This document shows, in pieces, positions 12,836-26,605 of a stretch of 64,000 nucleotides of DNA (position 1 is the stretch's first letter; each line of letters opens with the position of its first letter). The position numbers and the translations under genes are program-made. Below the pieces are notes generated by a model. That model was not told the DNA's origin and did not search any database. It saw only the letters and a list, made by a program, of their open reading frames with translations. The DNA comes from Octopus sinensis. Its lineage: Eukaryota. The stretch covers positions 60,078,001 to 60,142,000 of the forward strand of contig NC_043003.1 in assembly GCF_006345805.1 (NCBI RefSeq). The letters are read 5' to 3'.

Positions 12836-13254
12836 ATACATATCAAATGAAACATAATACTGGCTCTTATGGAACCTAGTAAACTAATTAGAATAACATT
12901 CATTAATAATAAGAGAACGTTCTTCACACATTCATCACAATATTATCAGCGACACTGACATCTTCTACAATAAGAGCTGTAGCAGTGTAAATGACATTAA
13001 TCTGTTTTAAATTCGTGGCATGTTTCCTCTCAGTATTGATTAAAAACTAATGATAAGATTATCAATATACTCATTAAGCCGCTTATATGTTAGGTTCTAG
13101 ACACATTGGTTCTTTGACCCCTCTCGCTCAGCACCTTTGAAGTGACGCTAATGACAAAGAATTATTTTTAAGAATACTATAAAATGAACAGATGATCGGC
13201 AGACAGGTGAAGGTTTATCGCTGGGTAGTAAAGTAAAGTCCCGAGACATATATA

Positions 13255-13484
13255 CTCATAGGGCCGGTTTCTCGGCTTATGTGGTATATATATATATATA
13301 TTCACCACCTCGACGGAACGCTGGTGTGTTGCAGGATTAGCCATTTTTGCCAGTAGAGTGGACTGGAGCAATGTAAAAGGAAGCGTTTTGCTCTTGAACA
13401 CAACGTGTTGCCCTGTCCAGTGATCGAATATACAATCTTACGATCATGGGTCCAACACTCTAACCACTAAACCACACGGCACCA
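13255..13484 (-). mobile_element. SINE group B, diverged
   Basis: tRNA-like head plus GTTGTGTTCAAGAGCAAAAC..TTGCTCCAGTCCACTC..GGCAAAAATG middle on the minus strand. Confidence 0.75.
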
Positions 13485-13597
13485 CTTATCGATGAGTAAT
13501 GTTAGTATATTTGCAGAATCGGTGCAACGATGAATGGAATATTTCACAAGATTTAGATCCTTTCTTTCAGTTTTGATATATCTTTAAAAATGAAGGG

Positions 13598-13760
13598 CTA
13601 TGCGTTGTGTTCTTGAGAAAAGTACTTCGTTTCACGTTGTCCAGTCCACTCAGCTGGCAAAAATGAGTAACGCTGCAACGGACCGGCGTCCCGCCCAAGG
13701 AGAAAATATATGCAACACAGAAGCCAGGAACCCTTCCCTATAACTCTATATGACAGGGTG
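13598..13760 (+). mobile_element. SINE group B, headless fragment
   Basis: GCGTTGTGTTCTTGAG..TTTCACGTTG.CCAGTCCACTCAGCTGGCAAAAATGAGTA..GGACCGGCGTCCCG. Confidence 0.75.
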
Positions 13761-13936
13761 AGGATCTCATGCAAATGGGGCAATCTTTTTTTTGGAAGCC
13801 ATCGAAGACGACTAATTGCAATGTTCACATTAAATGAAATGCTCTTACTTAACCCACTGCCTGCCATGAGCCCCATTTGGAGATCTGCTAAAAGCTGTCT
13901 CACTAACGGTTGTTCGTTGTATTTAAAGAGAATTGC

Positions 13937-14135
13937 TTACTCTTTTACTTGTTTCAGTCATTTGACTGCGGCCATGCTGGAGCACCATCTTTAGTCGAGC
14001 AAATGGACCCCAGGACTTATTCTTTGTAAGCCTAGTACTTATTCTATCGGTCTCTTTTGCCGAACCGCTATTATTACGGGGACACACCAGCATCGTTTGT
14101 CAAACGAAGCTGGGGGGGGGACAAACACATACACA

Positions 14136-14173
<38 letters not shown>

Positions 14174-14177
14174 TACA

Positions 14178-14209
<32 letters not shown>

Positions 14210-14373
14210 CATGTATACGACAGGCTTCTTTCAGTTTCCTTCTACCAAATCCACTCACAGGGCTTTGGCGGACCCGAAGCTATAGTAGAAGACACTTGCC
14301 CAAAGTGCCACGCAGTGGGACAGAACCCGGAACCATGTGGTTGGTAAGCAAGCTACTTACCACACAGCCACTC
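13937..14373 (-). mobile_element. SINE family A, full length
   Basis: Complete reverse-complement copy with internal (CA)n(TA)n. Confidence 0.92.
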
Positions 14374-14814
14374 GTACATTGAATTTTCAGAGGTGTGTTT
14401 AACAATATTTAGTAGTCAAAGTTTGTCATTATTAGCTGTGGCTAACGCCAGAATACATTTTATGTCATAAATTGCAATTTTTGAGCTACAAAAATGTTGA
14501 CTCCTTTGAAAACGCACATTTTCTTTTATGCATTTCTCATCTATATCATTCATTGATATTTCATACACATTCGCATTCGATACTATTGTTTCAAGAAAAA
14601 TAAAATAATATGTTTATTATTGCAATTGAATAGAAAAGATAAATATACTTTTTCCAGTGATCCTCATTTGGGACTTTTCGAAGTCCTCAGGAAATACTAA
14701 CCGAATATAAGACTGAATGGACACAACCTGAACACATATGGTCACAGGACGTCTTGACAAGAACAGATATCTACAATATACATCAAGTATAAGAAACTTC
14801 TTTATATAAACGTA

Positions 14815-15186
14815 AACACAGCTGAGTGATTAGGGAAGTCGCCTTGCGACTACGTGGTATCAGGTTTAGTTTCACTGAACTGCATATTAGACTAGTGATT
14901 AATGGCCCATGATCGAATTTGGTAGACAGAAACTTTGCGGAAATCCATCGTATGTGTGTTAATACATATGTGTGCGTATCTCTTTGTGTTTGTCTCACCT
15001 ACCGTCGATTGACAGCTGTTGCTGTTTTGCTTACGTCCTAGTAACCTAGCGGTTTGGCAAAAGATAACCACAGAATAAGTACAACAGTTAAATATAATAT
15101 ACCGGGGTAGATTTGCTCGACTAAACGCCTCCAGGTGGTTTCCTCCTGCATATCCACGGTCCAAGGATTGAAAGAAGTAAAAAGTA
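14815..15186 (+). mobile_element. SINE family A, old diverged copy
   Basis: TTTGGTAGACAGAAACT..TTACGTCC..GTAACCTAGCGGTTTGGCAAAAGA..GATTTGCTCGACTAA. Confidence 0.75.
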
Positions 15187-15382
15187 TAATTTAGCTCTGA
15201 CTTTCTACGCTCTTCCAATTTTATTGGATCGATTTCACATTTCTGTTTTCATGTATTTATGTGGTTTAAGCTGCCATATTTAGTGCTACCCAGTTCTGAA
15301 GCAAGTGGGTTTTGAAGTCACTGTATTTTTTATTGTCTGTTTCTGAAATAGACAAATTAATGAAAGGTATTTCCAAAATTGT

Positions 15383-15683
15383 GGAAGCACATGGCCTAGT
15401 GGTTAGAGCAGTGGACTCCCGGTCGAGGGATCGTGGGTTCGAATCTCAGACTGGGTGATGTGTGTGTTTATGAGCGAAACACCAAAGCTCCACGCGGTTT
15501 CGGCAGAAGGTAATGGCGAGCTTCTGCTGACTCTTTCTCCACAACTTTCTCTCATTCCTTCCTTCTGCATCTTGCAGCTCACCCGCGACGGACTGGCGTC
15601 CCGTCCCTGTGGGGAACCTATACGCCAAGGAAACCGGGAAACCGGCCCTTATGAGCCAGGCACGGTTCGAGAAGGAACAAACG
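15383..15683 (+). mobile_element. SINE group B, tail type 2, full length
   Basis: A-box TGGCCTAGTGG, B-box GGTTCGAATC; matches 63325 copy; candidate TSD ATTTCCAAAATT / ATTTCCCAAATT. Confidence 0.9.
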
Positions 15684-15890
15684 ATTTCCCAAATTAGCAA
15701 ATTTGACCTTTAAATATCTTTATCTGTTAATTCATTTACAACTGAATTTCTCGATTCTAAACAACAATTTTACAGACGAGACGGAAGGCCCAAAATATTT
15801 CATCTTGCAAAAGAATTTCATATACATACAGGTTTTTATATACATATACATACATTCATACATACACGAACACGCACACATACACACACA

Positions 15891-15944
<54 letters not shown>

Positions 15945-15945
15945 T

Positions 15946-15997
<52 letters not shown>

Positions 15998-16010
15998 ATG
16001 TGTATGTATA

Positions 16011-16225
16011 TGTTTGTATGTCTGTGTTTGTCCCCACAACATCGCTTGACAACCGATGCTTGTGTGTTTACGTCCCCGTAACTTAGCGGTTCAGGAAAAG
16101 AGAACGATAGAATAAGTGCTAGCCTTACAAAGAATAAGTCCTGGAGTCGACTTGCTCGACTAAAGGTGGTGCTCCAGCATGGCTACAGTCAAATGACTGA
16201 AACAAGTAAAAGAGAGTAAAAGAGA
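16011..16225 (+). mobile_element. SINE family A 3' half
   Basis: Starts at the internal microsatellite; CATCGCTTGACAACCGATGC through GTAAAAGAG tail. Confidence 0.9.
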
Positions 16226-16240
16226 GAGAGAGTATATATG

Positions 16241-16297
<57 letters not shown>

Positions 16298-17599
16298 TAG
16301 ATTTTTATCTGAGAAAGATTATTCATGTTCTGACCATGGGGAGATCACTGACTCTTAAATACTGTCCACAGCCACACATAAATTCGACCGCTACCACCCT
16401 GCTCGAATCAAAACAATATTACCTCCAACGATACATGAAGACCATCATCAATAAGCAAAAGAACAACAGAGGCGAAATGAGCCGTTGAGAAAATCAAACT
16501 CAACCCCAAAGTGTTCTCTTTTGCGGAAAAACACAATGTCGCAATATCGCAAAAGAGAAGAACACACACATAGACAATCACACACAAACCCTCCCCATAT
16601 ATACACTTGCGCGCATGCGTGCGTCTGTGTGTAAGTGTGTGTGTGTGTGTGTGTGTAAAAGAACATATACAGTTAAGAAACCTGCAGCATTCATGAAATT
16701 TCAGGAGACAAGTATAAATAAGAGAAATAAGAAAAGGACAAAATAAATAAATAAATAAATAAATAAATAAAAGAGGAAATGGAGTGGAATTGAGAGAAAA
16801 AGAAAAAAAATGTAAAACATAAAAAAAGAAAACGAAGTAGGAAACGTATAAGAAGACGACAGCAAGACATAGAGGCAGCCGATAATATTTAAACGACCTG
16901 TCAGCGTAGAGAGTAATGCAGCTCTATTTTGCGTTGGCAATATTGTATCTTGAAGCCTCCATACATAATACAGTAAAAAATATAGTTTTATATACCTTTA
17001 AGTATTTATTCTATATCCATCCATCTTCTTTGCCAACTCCACCACCAGCATCATACTGACTGAATTTAATGTTATCAGTATATATAAAATATTATTATTG
17101 TCCGAAACTTGACCGAGATTAATTGCATTTATAATTACTGCCATATATTGAAGTGTGGTTGTCATAATTTCTTTTGGACGATGAATTTCAACTTTTGAGA
17201 AGATTGTTACCTTTTATATATATCTTGTTCCAGTCATTGGACAGCGACTTTACTACTAGTATTAATTTTACTACTACTATTAATTTTTTTACTATAATCA
17301 TTTCTTAAATATAGCCACGAAACAAATGTAGTTATTCTACCAAATATATACGTTCTATTTATTATTTTGTACATTTCTTAATCATTGGTATATTATTGTT
17401 ATCTTATATTTAATATTTCTATTATATGTAATTTTCTAGATGGTGTAATTTAATTGTTCATTATGAATTGATAAAAGGTTCTTTTTCTAATTTTTATATG
17501 TATATATCATATTTTGTGAAATTTAATTTAGTATTTCTAAATTGAATTTTTCCCTATAAGTTAGGAATAATATTCCCTCAAATTATTATTGTATATATA

Positions 17600-17870
17600 T
17601 ATACATACATAATAAGGATCAAGTCGTTATTTAATGATTTATCAATAGCTAGCATACTAATAATACCATAATGGTTAATTTATATTATAATTATAAAGAT
17701 GATGAATAATTACACCGTCTGTCTGCTAGAAATAGACGCCAAAAGGTTTATAAACCACTTAAATTATTACTCCAATACGACAAGGCTGTAAGCGAGGAAA
17801 TTGGACAGAGAGGATTTATAAAATAATTTGGATAGTGCGATAGCTTAAGATTTCACGGTTTCTGATATTA
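17600..17870. repeat. (TA)n-flanked AT-rich interspersed repeat related to 26163-26400
   Basis: Shared ordered motifs AAGGAT..TTATCA..AGCAT..TATAATTATA..GCT.GAAATAG..AAACCAC.TAAAT. Confidence 0.5.
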
Positions 17871-17897
17871 TGATATTATATATATATATATAGATTT

Positions 17898-17928
<31 letters not shown>

Positions 17929-19324
17929 AAAGAAAGAGAGAGAGAGAGGGAGAGGGAGAGAGAGACGCTCAGCATTCTCTTAGTTTCTGTCAACTAAATT
18001 CATTCACAGTGAATTATTTGGCCCAAGGTCATTATAGAAGCATCTGCACAGTGTCATGTAGTAGGACCGAAACATGAACCACGTGGCTGCAAAGCGACCT
18101 TCCTAATTACACAAGTATGCTTGCTCCTATTATATAAATTTTATATCATTTCTTTATCGGTTGCATTTTTTCAAGTTATAGTGTTATATTTTGCATGTTA
18201 TAATTAATATATTTTCGTGTGCATTGTTCTTATTGTTCAGCCCCAGGCCAAACGTAACGGAGTAGACCCATGATGGAAGGCATTGAATGCGTGTAAAAAC
18301 GGTCACTTAAAGATTATTGAAGACTACGATACCAAATATGTTCTTTCACTAAAGAAAAAGTAGAACGACGTAAATTGAGGCAGCATTTGTCACTATTTTT
18401 AGCAATTCGCATAAGCTCAGTCGTTGGCGCTTCTTTTCTTTGGAAGTATCTTTCTATGCTCATGAGTCTATATGTGTGTATCTGCGTCTATGTATGTATG
18501 TATGTGAGTATGCTTCGTCAGTGGTAGTATTTGTTTAGTAGCTGTCACTCTTGCTCAAGAATGAGCATCAGACTACGTACTGTTTCGTAAAGAATCGTTA
18601 TGTTCGTTTATTACTAATAATCTACTTTGCTGATTTCCTACTAAAAATGGTTGCTCTTCGTCTATGCCATCCTTATGTTTTCTCAGGTTGTTGCTTGACC
18701 TACAAAATCGATTCTCATTTCCTAGTTGGTAGCCTGAAGCAAGTATGCAGTACATTTGATAACGGACAACCATCTTTCCGTTCCCCAGCACCGACGCACT
18801 ATTGTTTAGTGGAAAATCACATTCTTCTCCTCTCTATGTAGCCTGCCTGCTAGTCGCTAGAACAAGGTATTATATACTAACATACATTACGACCCAACGA
18901 AGAATTTGTTTTATATCACCGTAATGAATATTAGAAAAATGTTTCTTCATTTTTTTTTCCTCACTCATATGGAAATAATATATATTTTACTTCTATATTT
19001 TGATAAATTGATAAAGTGTTTCAGAAAAAATAACGGAAAATATTAGAAAGAAAGAAATGAATGCTATGCCTGTGTGGTTTTGACCAAACTCTTGCTGTTT
19101 TCATAACAATAGTTTTGTCACAATAATAGACGTTTCAAGACAAGTTTCTAGTCACCGCCTATTCTAATACTCAATAGTTAATTGTACTGTCGTATTTACG
19201 CAAAACTCTTTATTTTCTTTCCTTCACTACGTTTATGTTTTATTTCAGAGCCTGCTTCTTTTTTCTTTCTTTTTTTTTTTTTTGCAAATCAAGTCAATGT
19301 CATATGGCTACAGAAACGTATAGC

Positions 19325-20042
<718 letters not shown>

Positions 20043-20573
20043 ATCTTGATGTTGATATTGATATTTGTTTCTTTCTATAGCTTCAGTTTGCCAAGCAATG
20101 ATTAATGGCGAGATAGTGAGAGAAAGATCAACGTTAGTATAATAAGAGAAGTGTTAGGATTTTAAAAGAGGTGAAGACATTACATACCAGCTGCTTTGCA
20201 CATGATGTTAGCAATCACTTAATAATTAGGTTGATAACACCCTGATAGCTAACTGTTAAGCTAGAATAGCTGTGGTAGAAATTAATTTGTGACTGAAGGA
20301 AGATTAATTCAACACATTTTACTGGGCTGAGACTCGATGTTTAGATAAACCAATTTAACATTCATAATTATAGAGAAACAAGAGTAACCACTGCGACGTC
20401 AGATTTATCTTTACAACCAAACCTACTGATTGCTTCAGTTAAACATTTCCAGGAAGTATCATAGCGATCTATCATCATTTGCAAATTCATCAACAGAAAC
20501 ACAAACACAAGCACGTGCACACGGCCACGCACATCCAGATTAAAACAAACGTGCTTGCTTATATACATATATA

Positions 20574-20780
20574 CCAACGGGGTTCTGAAAAGTTCCCGGC
20601 TTTTGGTAAGATAAAACACGAGGGATCAGTTAATTATGATTTAATGCAACATATTCCCCGCTCAGATTCACACACTTACTGCAGCGGTCCTAGATATTCC
20701 CTAAAACCTGTAAAAGAGCTCGAAAGCTTGGGCCTCGAGCCAGGCCTTTCGCGATGCTTTAACTTTTCAGCACCACCTCT
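20574..20780. mobile_element. Mariner-derived MITE
   Basis: TA flanks; imperfect TIRs GGGGTTCTGAAAAGTT / AACTTTTCAGCACC; minus-strand remnant RCSKCVNLSGEYV resembles a mariner transposase C-terminus. Confidence 0.75.
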
Positions 20781-20809
20781 TACATTTACATAAGTATGTA
20801 TAATATTGT

Positions 20810-20932
20810 GGAGGCGCGGTGGCTTAGTGGTTAGGGTGTCAGCATCATGATCGTAAGATGTGGTTTCGATTCATGGACCGGGCGACGCGTTGTGTTCTTG
20901 AGCAAAACACTTCATTTCACGTTGCTGGCAAA
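20810..20932 (+). mobile_element. SINE group B head and partial body
   Basis: GGAGGCGCGGTGGCTTAGTGGTTAGG..GGTTTCGATTC..GTTGTGTTCTTGAGCAAAACACTT. Confidence 0.85.
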
Positions 20933-21252
20933 AAAACAAACCAAAACAGAAAGTTGTTTAGAGATTTCTTTGCGCCTTTTATGGTTGTCCAGCTTAGTTT
21001 TTCTTTATTTTATTTATTTCTCACTTTCTTTTTTCTCTCTTCTCTTTTTTTCTCTCCTTTTTCTTATATTTCTCCTCTCTTGTTTTCTCTCTCTTTATTC
21101 GTTGTTTTGTCTTTACATTATCATTTCCTCTCTTCCTTTTCCTTGCTTATTGGTTCCTCTTTAACTTTTTGTGTGTATAGATAGATAGTTAAATAGATAG
21201 GTAGATACATAAGCAAATAGATAGATAGATAGATACATACATACATACATAC

Positions 21253-21314
<62 letters not shown>

Positions 21315-21382
21315 TGACTGATTGATTGATTGATATATGTAAACATGTGTATGTATATTTATACATATATACTTATATAAAA

Positions 21383-21789
21383 GGCGTCGAGCTGGCAGAA
21401 ACGTTAGCATACCGGGCGAAATGCTTAGCGGTATTTCGTCTGCCGTTACGTTGTGAGTTCAAATTCCGCCGAGGTCGACTTTGCCTTTCATCCTTTCGGG
21501 GTCGATAAATTAAGTACCAGTTATGCACTGGGGTCGATGTAATCGACTTAATACCTATGTCTGTCCTTGTTTGTCCCCTCTGTGTTTAGCCCCTTGTGGG
21601 TAATAAAGAAATAGAAATAGGTATTTCGTCTGTCGTTACGTTCTGAATTCAAATTCCGCTGAGGTCGACTTTCGGGGGTCGAGAAATTTTGTACCAATTA
21701 CGCACTTGGGTCGATGTAATCGACTTAATCCGTTTGTCTGTCCTTGTTTGTCCCCTTTATGTTTAGCCTATTGTGGGCAATAAAGAAAT
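21383..21789 (+). mobile_element. SINE family C (Nin/Deu-like middle) with tandemly duplicated body
   Basis: Head GGCG.CGAGCTGGCAGAAACGTTAG; GCCTTTCATCCTTTCGGGGTCGATAAATTAAGTACCAG; body repeats from about 21620; possible TSD CTTATATA. Confidence 0.88.
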
Positions 21790-22394
21790 GCTTATATACA
21801 TCATTGTGTATTTATGTGTACATATGCGTTCATCTCTCTATATACCAATATGTGTGTGTATAAGTGTGCATTTACGCATGTATGTATGTATGTGAGTGTA
21901 TGTATGTATATATGTATCTAAGTATGTATTCATATGTGTATGTATTTGTCTCCGTAAGTTTGTATCAGGATGGATAAACAATTCGTTGCAAACTGAAATC
22001 TTATTGCTTTGTTGTTTTAATGTTTGACAACTTAGAAAAATAAAAGTACGTGTTCTAATCACGTAGTAGGCGAAACTTTTTTCGCCTACAAATGTTTGTT
22101 TAACAGGAAATGAATGACAGTATGGAAAATTGCTTTAACTTTATATATTATTTTTCCTTATTTCAACTTTTCTGAAGGCTAAGAAAAATTGAAATATATA
22201 TCTAGCTTAATGTATATATAGGTACAACATGGCTTCCCCGGAAACTTTAATTCCAAAGATTCCGGGATTGATTTTTCCGAACCGTGGGAATTTACTTATA
22301 ATTAAAACGAATTCTAAATCTTTTTAAACAATTAAATATAAAAACTGTTACCTGTATTTTAGTATAAATGATACAAGTTTTTTTTTACACCATT

Positions 22395-22631
22395 TACATT
22401 ATTTACATTATTTATATTCGACGGATATTTGTCCTCATCTTGTTTGTTGCTAACACAGCGTTTCGTCTGATATACCCTCCAGCCTTCTTCAGGTGTCTTG
22501 GGGAAATTTTGAACCTGGTTTTCCCCGAGATACCTGAAGAAGGCTGGAAGGTATGTCAGCCGAAACGTTGTGTTAACAACAAACAAGATGAGGACAAATA
22601 TCCTTCGAATGTAAATAATGTAAAAAATGCA
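22395..22631. repeat. Long fold-back of a PLE-like pseudo-LTR with a hammerhead motif in each arm
   Basis: Arms of about 110 bp: GGATATTTGTCCTCATCTTGTTTGTTG..CCAGCCTTCTTCAGGT vs ACCTGAAGAAGGCTGG..CAACAAACAAGATGAGGACAAATATCC. Confidence 0.9.
22529..22574 (+). ncRNA. Minimal type-I hammerhead ribozyme motif, canonical core
   Basis: GAUAC-CUGAAGA-A-GGCUG(GAAGGUAUGU)CAGCC-GAAAC-GUU-GUGUU; palindromic AACGUU stem III as in PLE hammerheads. Confidence 0.75.
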
Positions 22632-23931
22632 CATAATTCCTCATCTCTTAAATATAGAACTGTTTTTTTTTAAATACTGTATTGTGCAAGAGTCCAGGAA
22701 GCTAATTTAGTATCAACGAGAATCTAGAGTTCTCCCTCGTAAATTGACATGAACATAAGCGGTTACGGACCATCCGTGTGTGGAATGAAGTTAAGAATTT
22801 TCGAAATGATATTAATAGTGTACATTAAAAGGAATGTATTTAATCAAGATTAGAACCCGAGGCACAGACTCGTCTGAAAAGAAATGTAGATATGATTATA
22901 CAATACCTGCCCCTATTTCACTAACTAGTATTTCCTTCTAAGAAGGATCAATGTCGTATATTTTCGAGTAGGGTAATAGGTATTTGGATCCCTTTTATCT
23001 TCCCAAATAACATTAGCGATGTAAGTAAACCAAAATTCGAAAATTCCACTCCAAGGATGTTTATTGAAAGCAGAAGCTAACGAAAAAAATAAAAATACGA
23101 ATGTTTTTTTTTTAAATCATAAATGATGTATTTTTAGTTTTCTTATTTCTATCTTTAACGTTTCCGTAGGAGGTTTAAAAAGTTTCCTGAAGAAAAAAAT
23201 AAATCCTTGAAAACGATGGAAGCAAATATAGAAAACAGAAAGGAAAGAGGGAAATTTTCAAATTAGGGCTCATGATACACACTCTGACAATGCATTATAC
23301 TTTGTATGATGGTAACGGTAATTCTGCACTCTAGATCCATTAGCAGCTCTAGATATAAATATGTCTTACCGTCTTTATTTTCAAGAATTTTATAGCTTTT
23401 AAAATCCATGTCAAATCTGAAAATTCTGGGTATTTTGACACTGTAAATCATACATCACTTGTCATGCCAGTGGAATGAGCGATATTATTGCGGGTAACAT
23501 TCCATATGTGATATCACACTTAATGTTGCTTGAATAATTATACTTAACATTTCGTAGTATATGCTCATAATTAGCATCTAAAATATATTCACTACTATAT
23601 AATTTCCCGTATAGGTTTACTTCTAAAGTTAAGCATGTTCTTGCAAATATATCTCGTCACACAGCTGTTCATTGTACTCAACATTAGTAACTACAAGTCA
23701 AATCTAAGAGCTTGAGATCCACCAAGTTGTCTTTTATGTACACACTAGTATTGCTAGAAATAGTAGCTAAATCTTCATCATCTTACACATCACGACATTA
23801 ACTGAGGACAATGTACATCAAATACGCACTACTAAATATCCGGAAAAGGCAAGATGGAGTAACGAATGTAAACCAGAAACATAAAAATCATGCACTGGGT
23901 GCTAATTAGGAAATTAAAATAATATGTCAAT

Positions 23932-24263
23932 CTCTGAGTTCAAATTCCGCCGAGGTCGCCTTTGCCTTTCATCCTTTCGGAATCGATAAATTAAGTACCA
24001 GTTACGTACTTAGGTCGATGTAATCGACTTAATCCGTTTGTCTGTCCTTGTTTGTCCCCTCTGTGTTTAGCCCCTTGTGGGTAGTAAAGAAATAGGTATT
24101 TGGTCTGTCTTTACGTTTTGGGTTCAAATTCCGCCAATGTCGACTTTGTGTTTCATACATTCGGGGTCGATAAATTAAGTACCAATTGCGTACTGGGATC
24201 AATCTAATCGACTGGCTCCCTCCCCAAAAATGTTGGGTCTTGTGCCTAGAGTAGAAAAAAATA
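23932..24263 (+). mobile_element. SINE family C, 5'-truncated, duplicated body
   Basis: Two GTTCAAATTCCGCC..GTCGATAAATTAAGTACC units joined at TAAAGAAATAGGTATTT. Confidence 0.88.
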
Positions 24264-24563
24264 ATGAGTCCGTCCACCTTTTAACTCCTTAATGGGGTGG
24301 TCGGGATCTTTCCACAACAGATACTTATATCAATAATTCATAATCTGAATGAAATTCCCATAAGAGCAACAGAAGCAATATTAGTGTAAAATAGCCAACT
24401 GTGTATAATACTCTGTATAATATACCGCTACAAAGCACATTTTTCCGATATTTGTCCGGAGATAATATCGCTTCTTGACAAACTATTTCGGTAGCTGAAA
24501 ATAATGCAGAAGCAGCAGGTGAGAATGACCGATAACAGTTTATGTCTCTGAAGCATATAACTC

Positions 24564-24889
24564 GTGAAGGCGCATGGCTCAGTAGTTAAAGCGTCGAACC
24601 TACGACTGTGAGGTTACGAGTTCGATTCACAGACCGTGCTGTGTGTTCTTGAGCAAAACACTTTATTTCACGTTGCTCCCGTTTAACTCAGCTGTAGAAA
24701 TGAGTTGCGACGTCACTGGGGCCAAGCTTTATCGGCCTTTGTCTTTCCCTTGGATAACATCAGTGGTGTGGAGAGGGGAGGCTGGTATGCATGGGCGATT
24801 ACTGGCCTTCCATGAAAACAACCTTGCCCGGAATGTAAGTTTCTTGTTGCAATCCCATGGTCATTCATGATCGAAGGGGGGTCTCCTCT
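24564..24889 (+). mobile_element. SINE group B, tail type 3, full length with TSD
   Basis: tRNA-like head; perfect 12-bp TSD AGCATATAACTC at 24552-24563 and 24890-24901. Confidence 0.92.
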
Positions 24890-25550
24890 AGCATATAACT
24901 CACTGCCAACGACATGCTAAGAAGAAATTTGTCGCTCGACTTTGCCATTCATCCTTTCGTGATTGATAAAAAAAAACATACCCTTTTGAGCATTGGGATC
25001 GATGATATTGATTTAAGTCTCCCCCAAATTGCTGGCATTGTACCAATATTTGAGAACATCACTGTTACTCATTCTTGTTCAATTCAGTGACGGAGTTGTA
25101 TGTTATTAGTAAATCACTGTAATTCACAGGTGATCGCTACGAAATCTAGTACTTTCTTGAAAAAATAAATTTGCATTTTTACCAGACATTTAAATTCGAC
25201 AAATATTATGTTCTTTAAATCTACTCTATCGAATATTCGCAATTGCTTGTATGAAGTAATCGTGATCATGTTTGAAAATAGCATTCTAAAAAATTATGTC
25301 TAACATTAAACGTATGACAAATCTAGTTTACAGTAACAGACGAAACAATGCAACAAAAATCTCAGCAATTACAGTAACAAGCGAATACGCATGATTCCAT
25401 CAATGACGTATATAGACATGATTCGTCTGAATCCATAGTTTAAGCATGAGAAACGCCATAGTTTCGAATGAGAGGAATTAGTAAGAAATAATAAAACAAT
25501 GAAAGATTGACAAAAGAGAAACCAAGGGTTTGCTCGATGTGCTACGCACA

Positions 25551-25591
<41 letters not shown>

Positions 25592-26135
25592 ATATATATA
25601 TATACTCGTGAGTAGTAATACGAAACTCTAACGGAATGAATACAGAGCAAAAAACCTGTTCAAATATGTTTGACTTATTTATGAAAAATATAAAGGATTT
25701 TCACTGCAGTTCGTCTTGGAGGAAACCTCGCTCAAGACAAAAAGACATCATAGTTAGTCAGGAGAGCTACTATTAGCATGATGAATGCATTTCTAATCCT
25801 TTTGTACTGTCAGCATCAAATACCTAGAGAATTAAGTCTGAGTTGACGAGAAAATTATGCTTCCTTTACCGCAATCTAGTCGATAATATTGACTGACATT
25901 GCACATTGTCAACTGTTCCTGCAGAATACTGACGAGTTCGACATTCATTCATCAGTCCAGTAGAAGTTACTCTGAACTGACTAAATGTTTTAGCACCATT
26001 TTATCGTAAGTGATAATAATTTTCTTTGTGACAAACTGCTCTAAAAAGGCTTTACATGTTCAAATAACTCTTACGCAGTTAGCACATGTATGTATGATGT
26101 ATGTACGTATGCTTTTGTGTGTGGACGCGAGCGAT

Positions 26136-26162
<27 letters not shown>

Positions 26163-26166
<4 letters not shown>

Positions 26167-26545
26167 ATAGGATCGATATTTAAATACTGATCTTATCAGG
26201 TGGCCAGCATCGGAATAAAAACCTTCAAAGGTAATATTATTATTAAAATTATAATTATAATTTAGGGTATCTAAGTGATACCACTACGCTGGAAATAGCA
26301 AGAAAAACTTGACGTTAAAACCACATTAAATGTTCATACACCATCAGGAGAGAAGACAAAAAAGACAAAATAAGCTAGCAAAAAATTATCCAGTAATTGT
26401 TTTGCTAGTTTATTTTGTCTCTTTGTCTTCTCTCCTGGGGCTGTCTGAACATTTAATGTGGTTTTAGAATCAAGTTTTGGCTGCTATTTCCAGTGTGAGG
26501 GTATCTCTTAGATACCCAAAATTATAATTGTTATATATAAAAATT
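26163..26545. repeat. (TA)n-embedded insert with long terminal fold-back (arms about 26250-26388 and 26394-26532)
   Basis: AATTATAATTTAGGGTATCTAAG..AAAACCACATTAAATGTTCA..CAGGAGAGAAGACAAA pairs with its reverse complement downstream. Confidence 0.85.
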
Positions 26546-26547
26546 TT

Positions 26548-26605
<58 letters not shown>

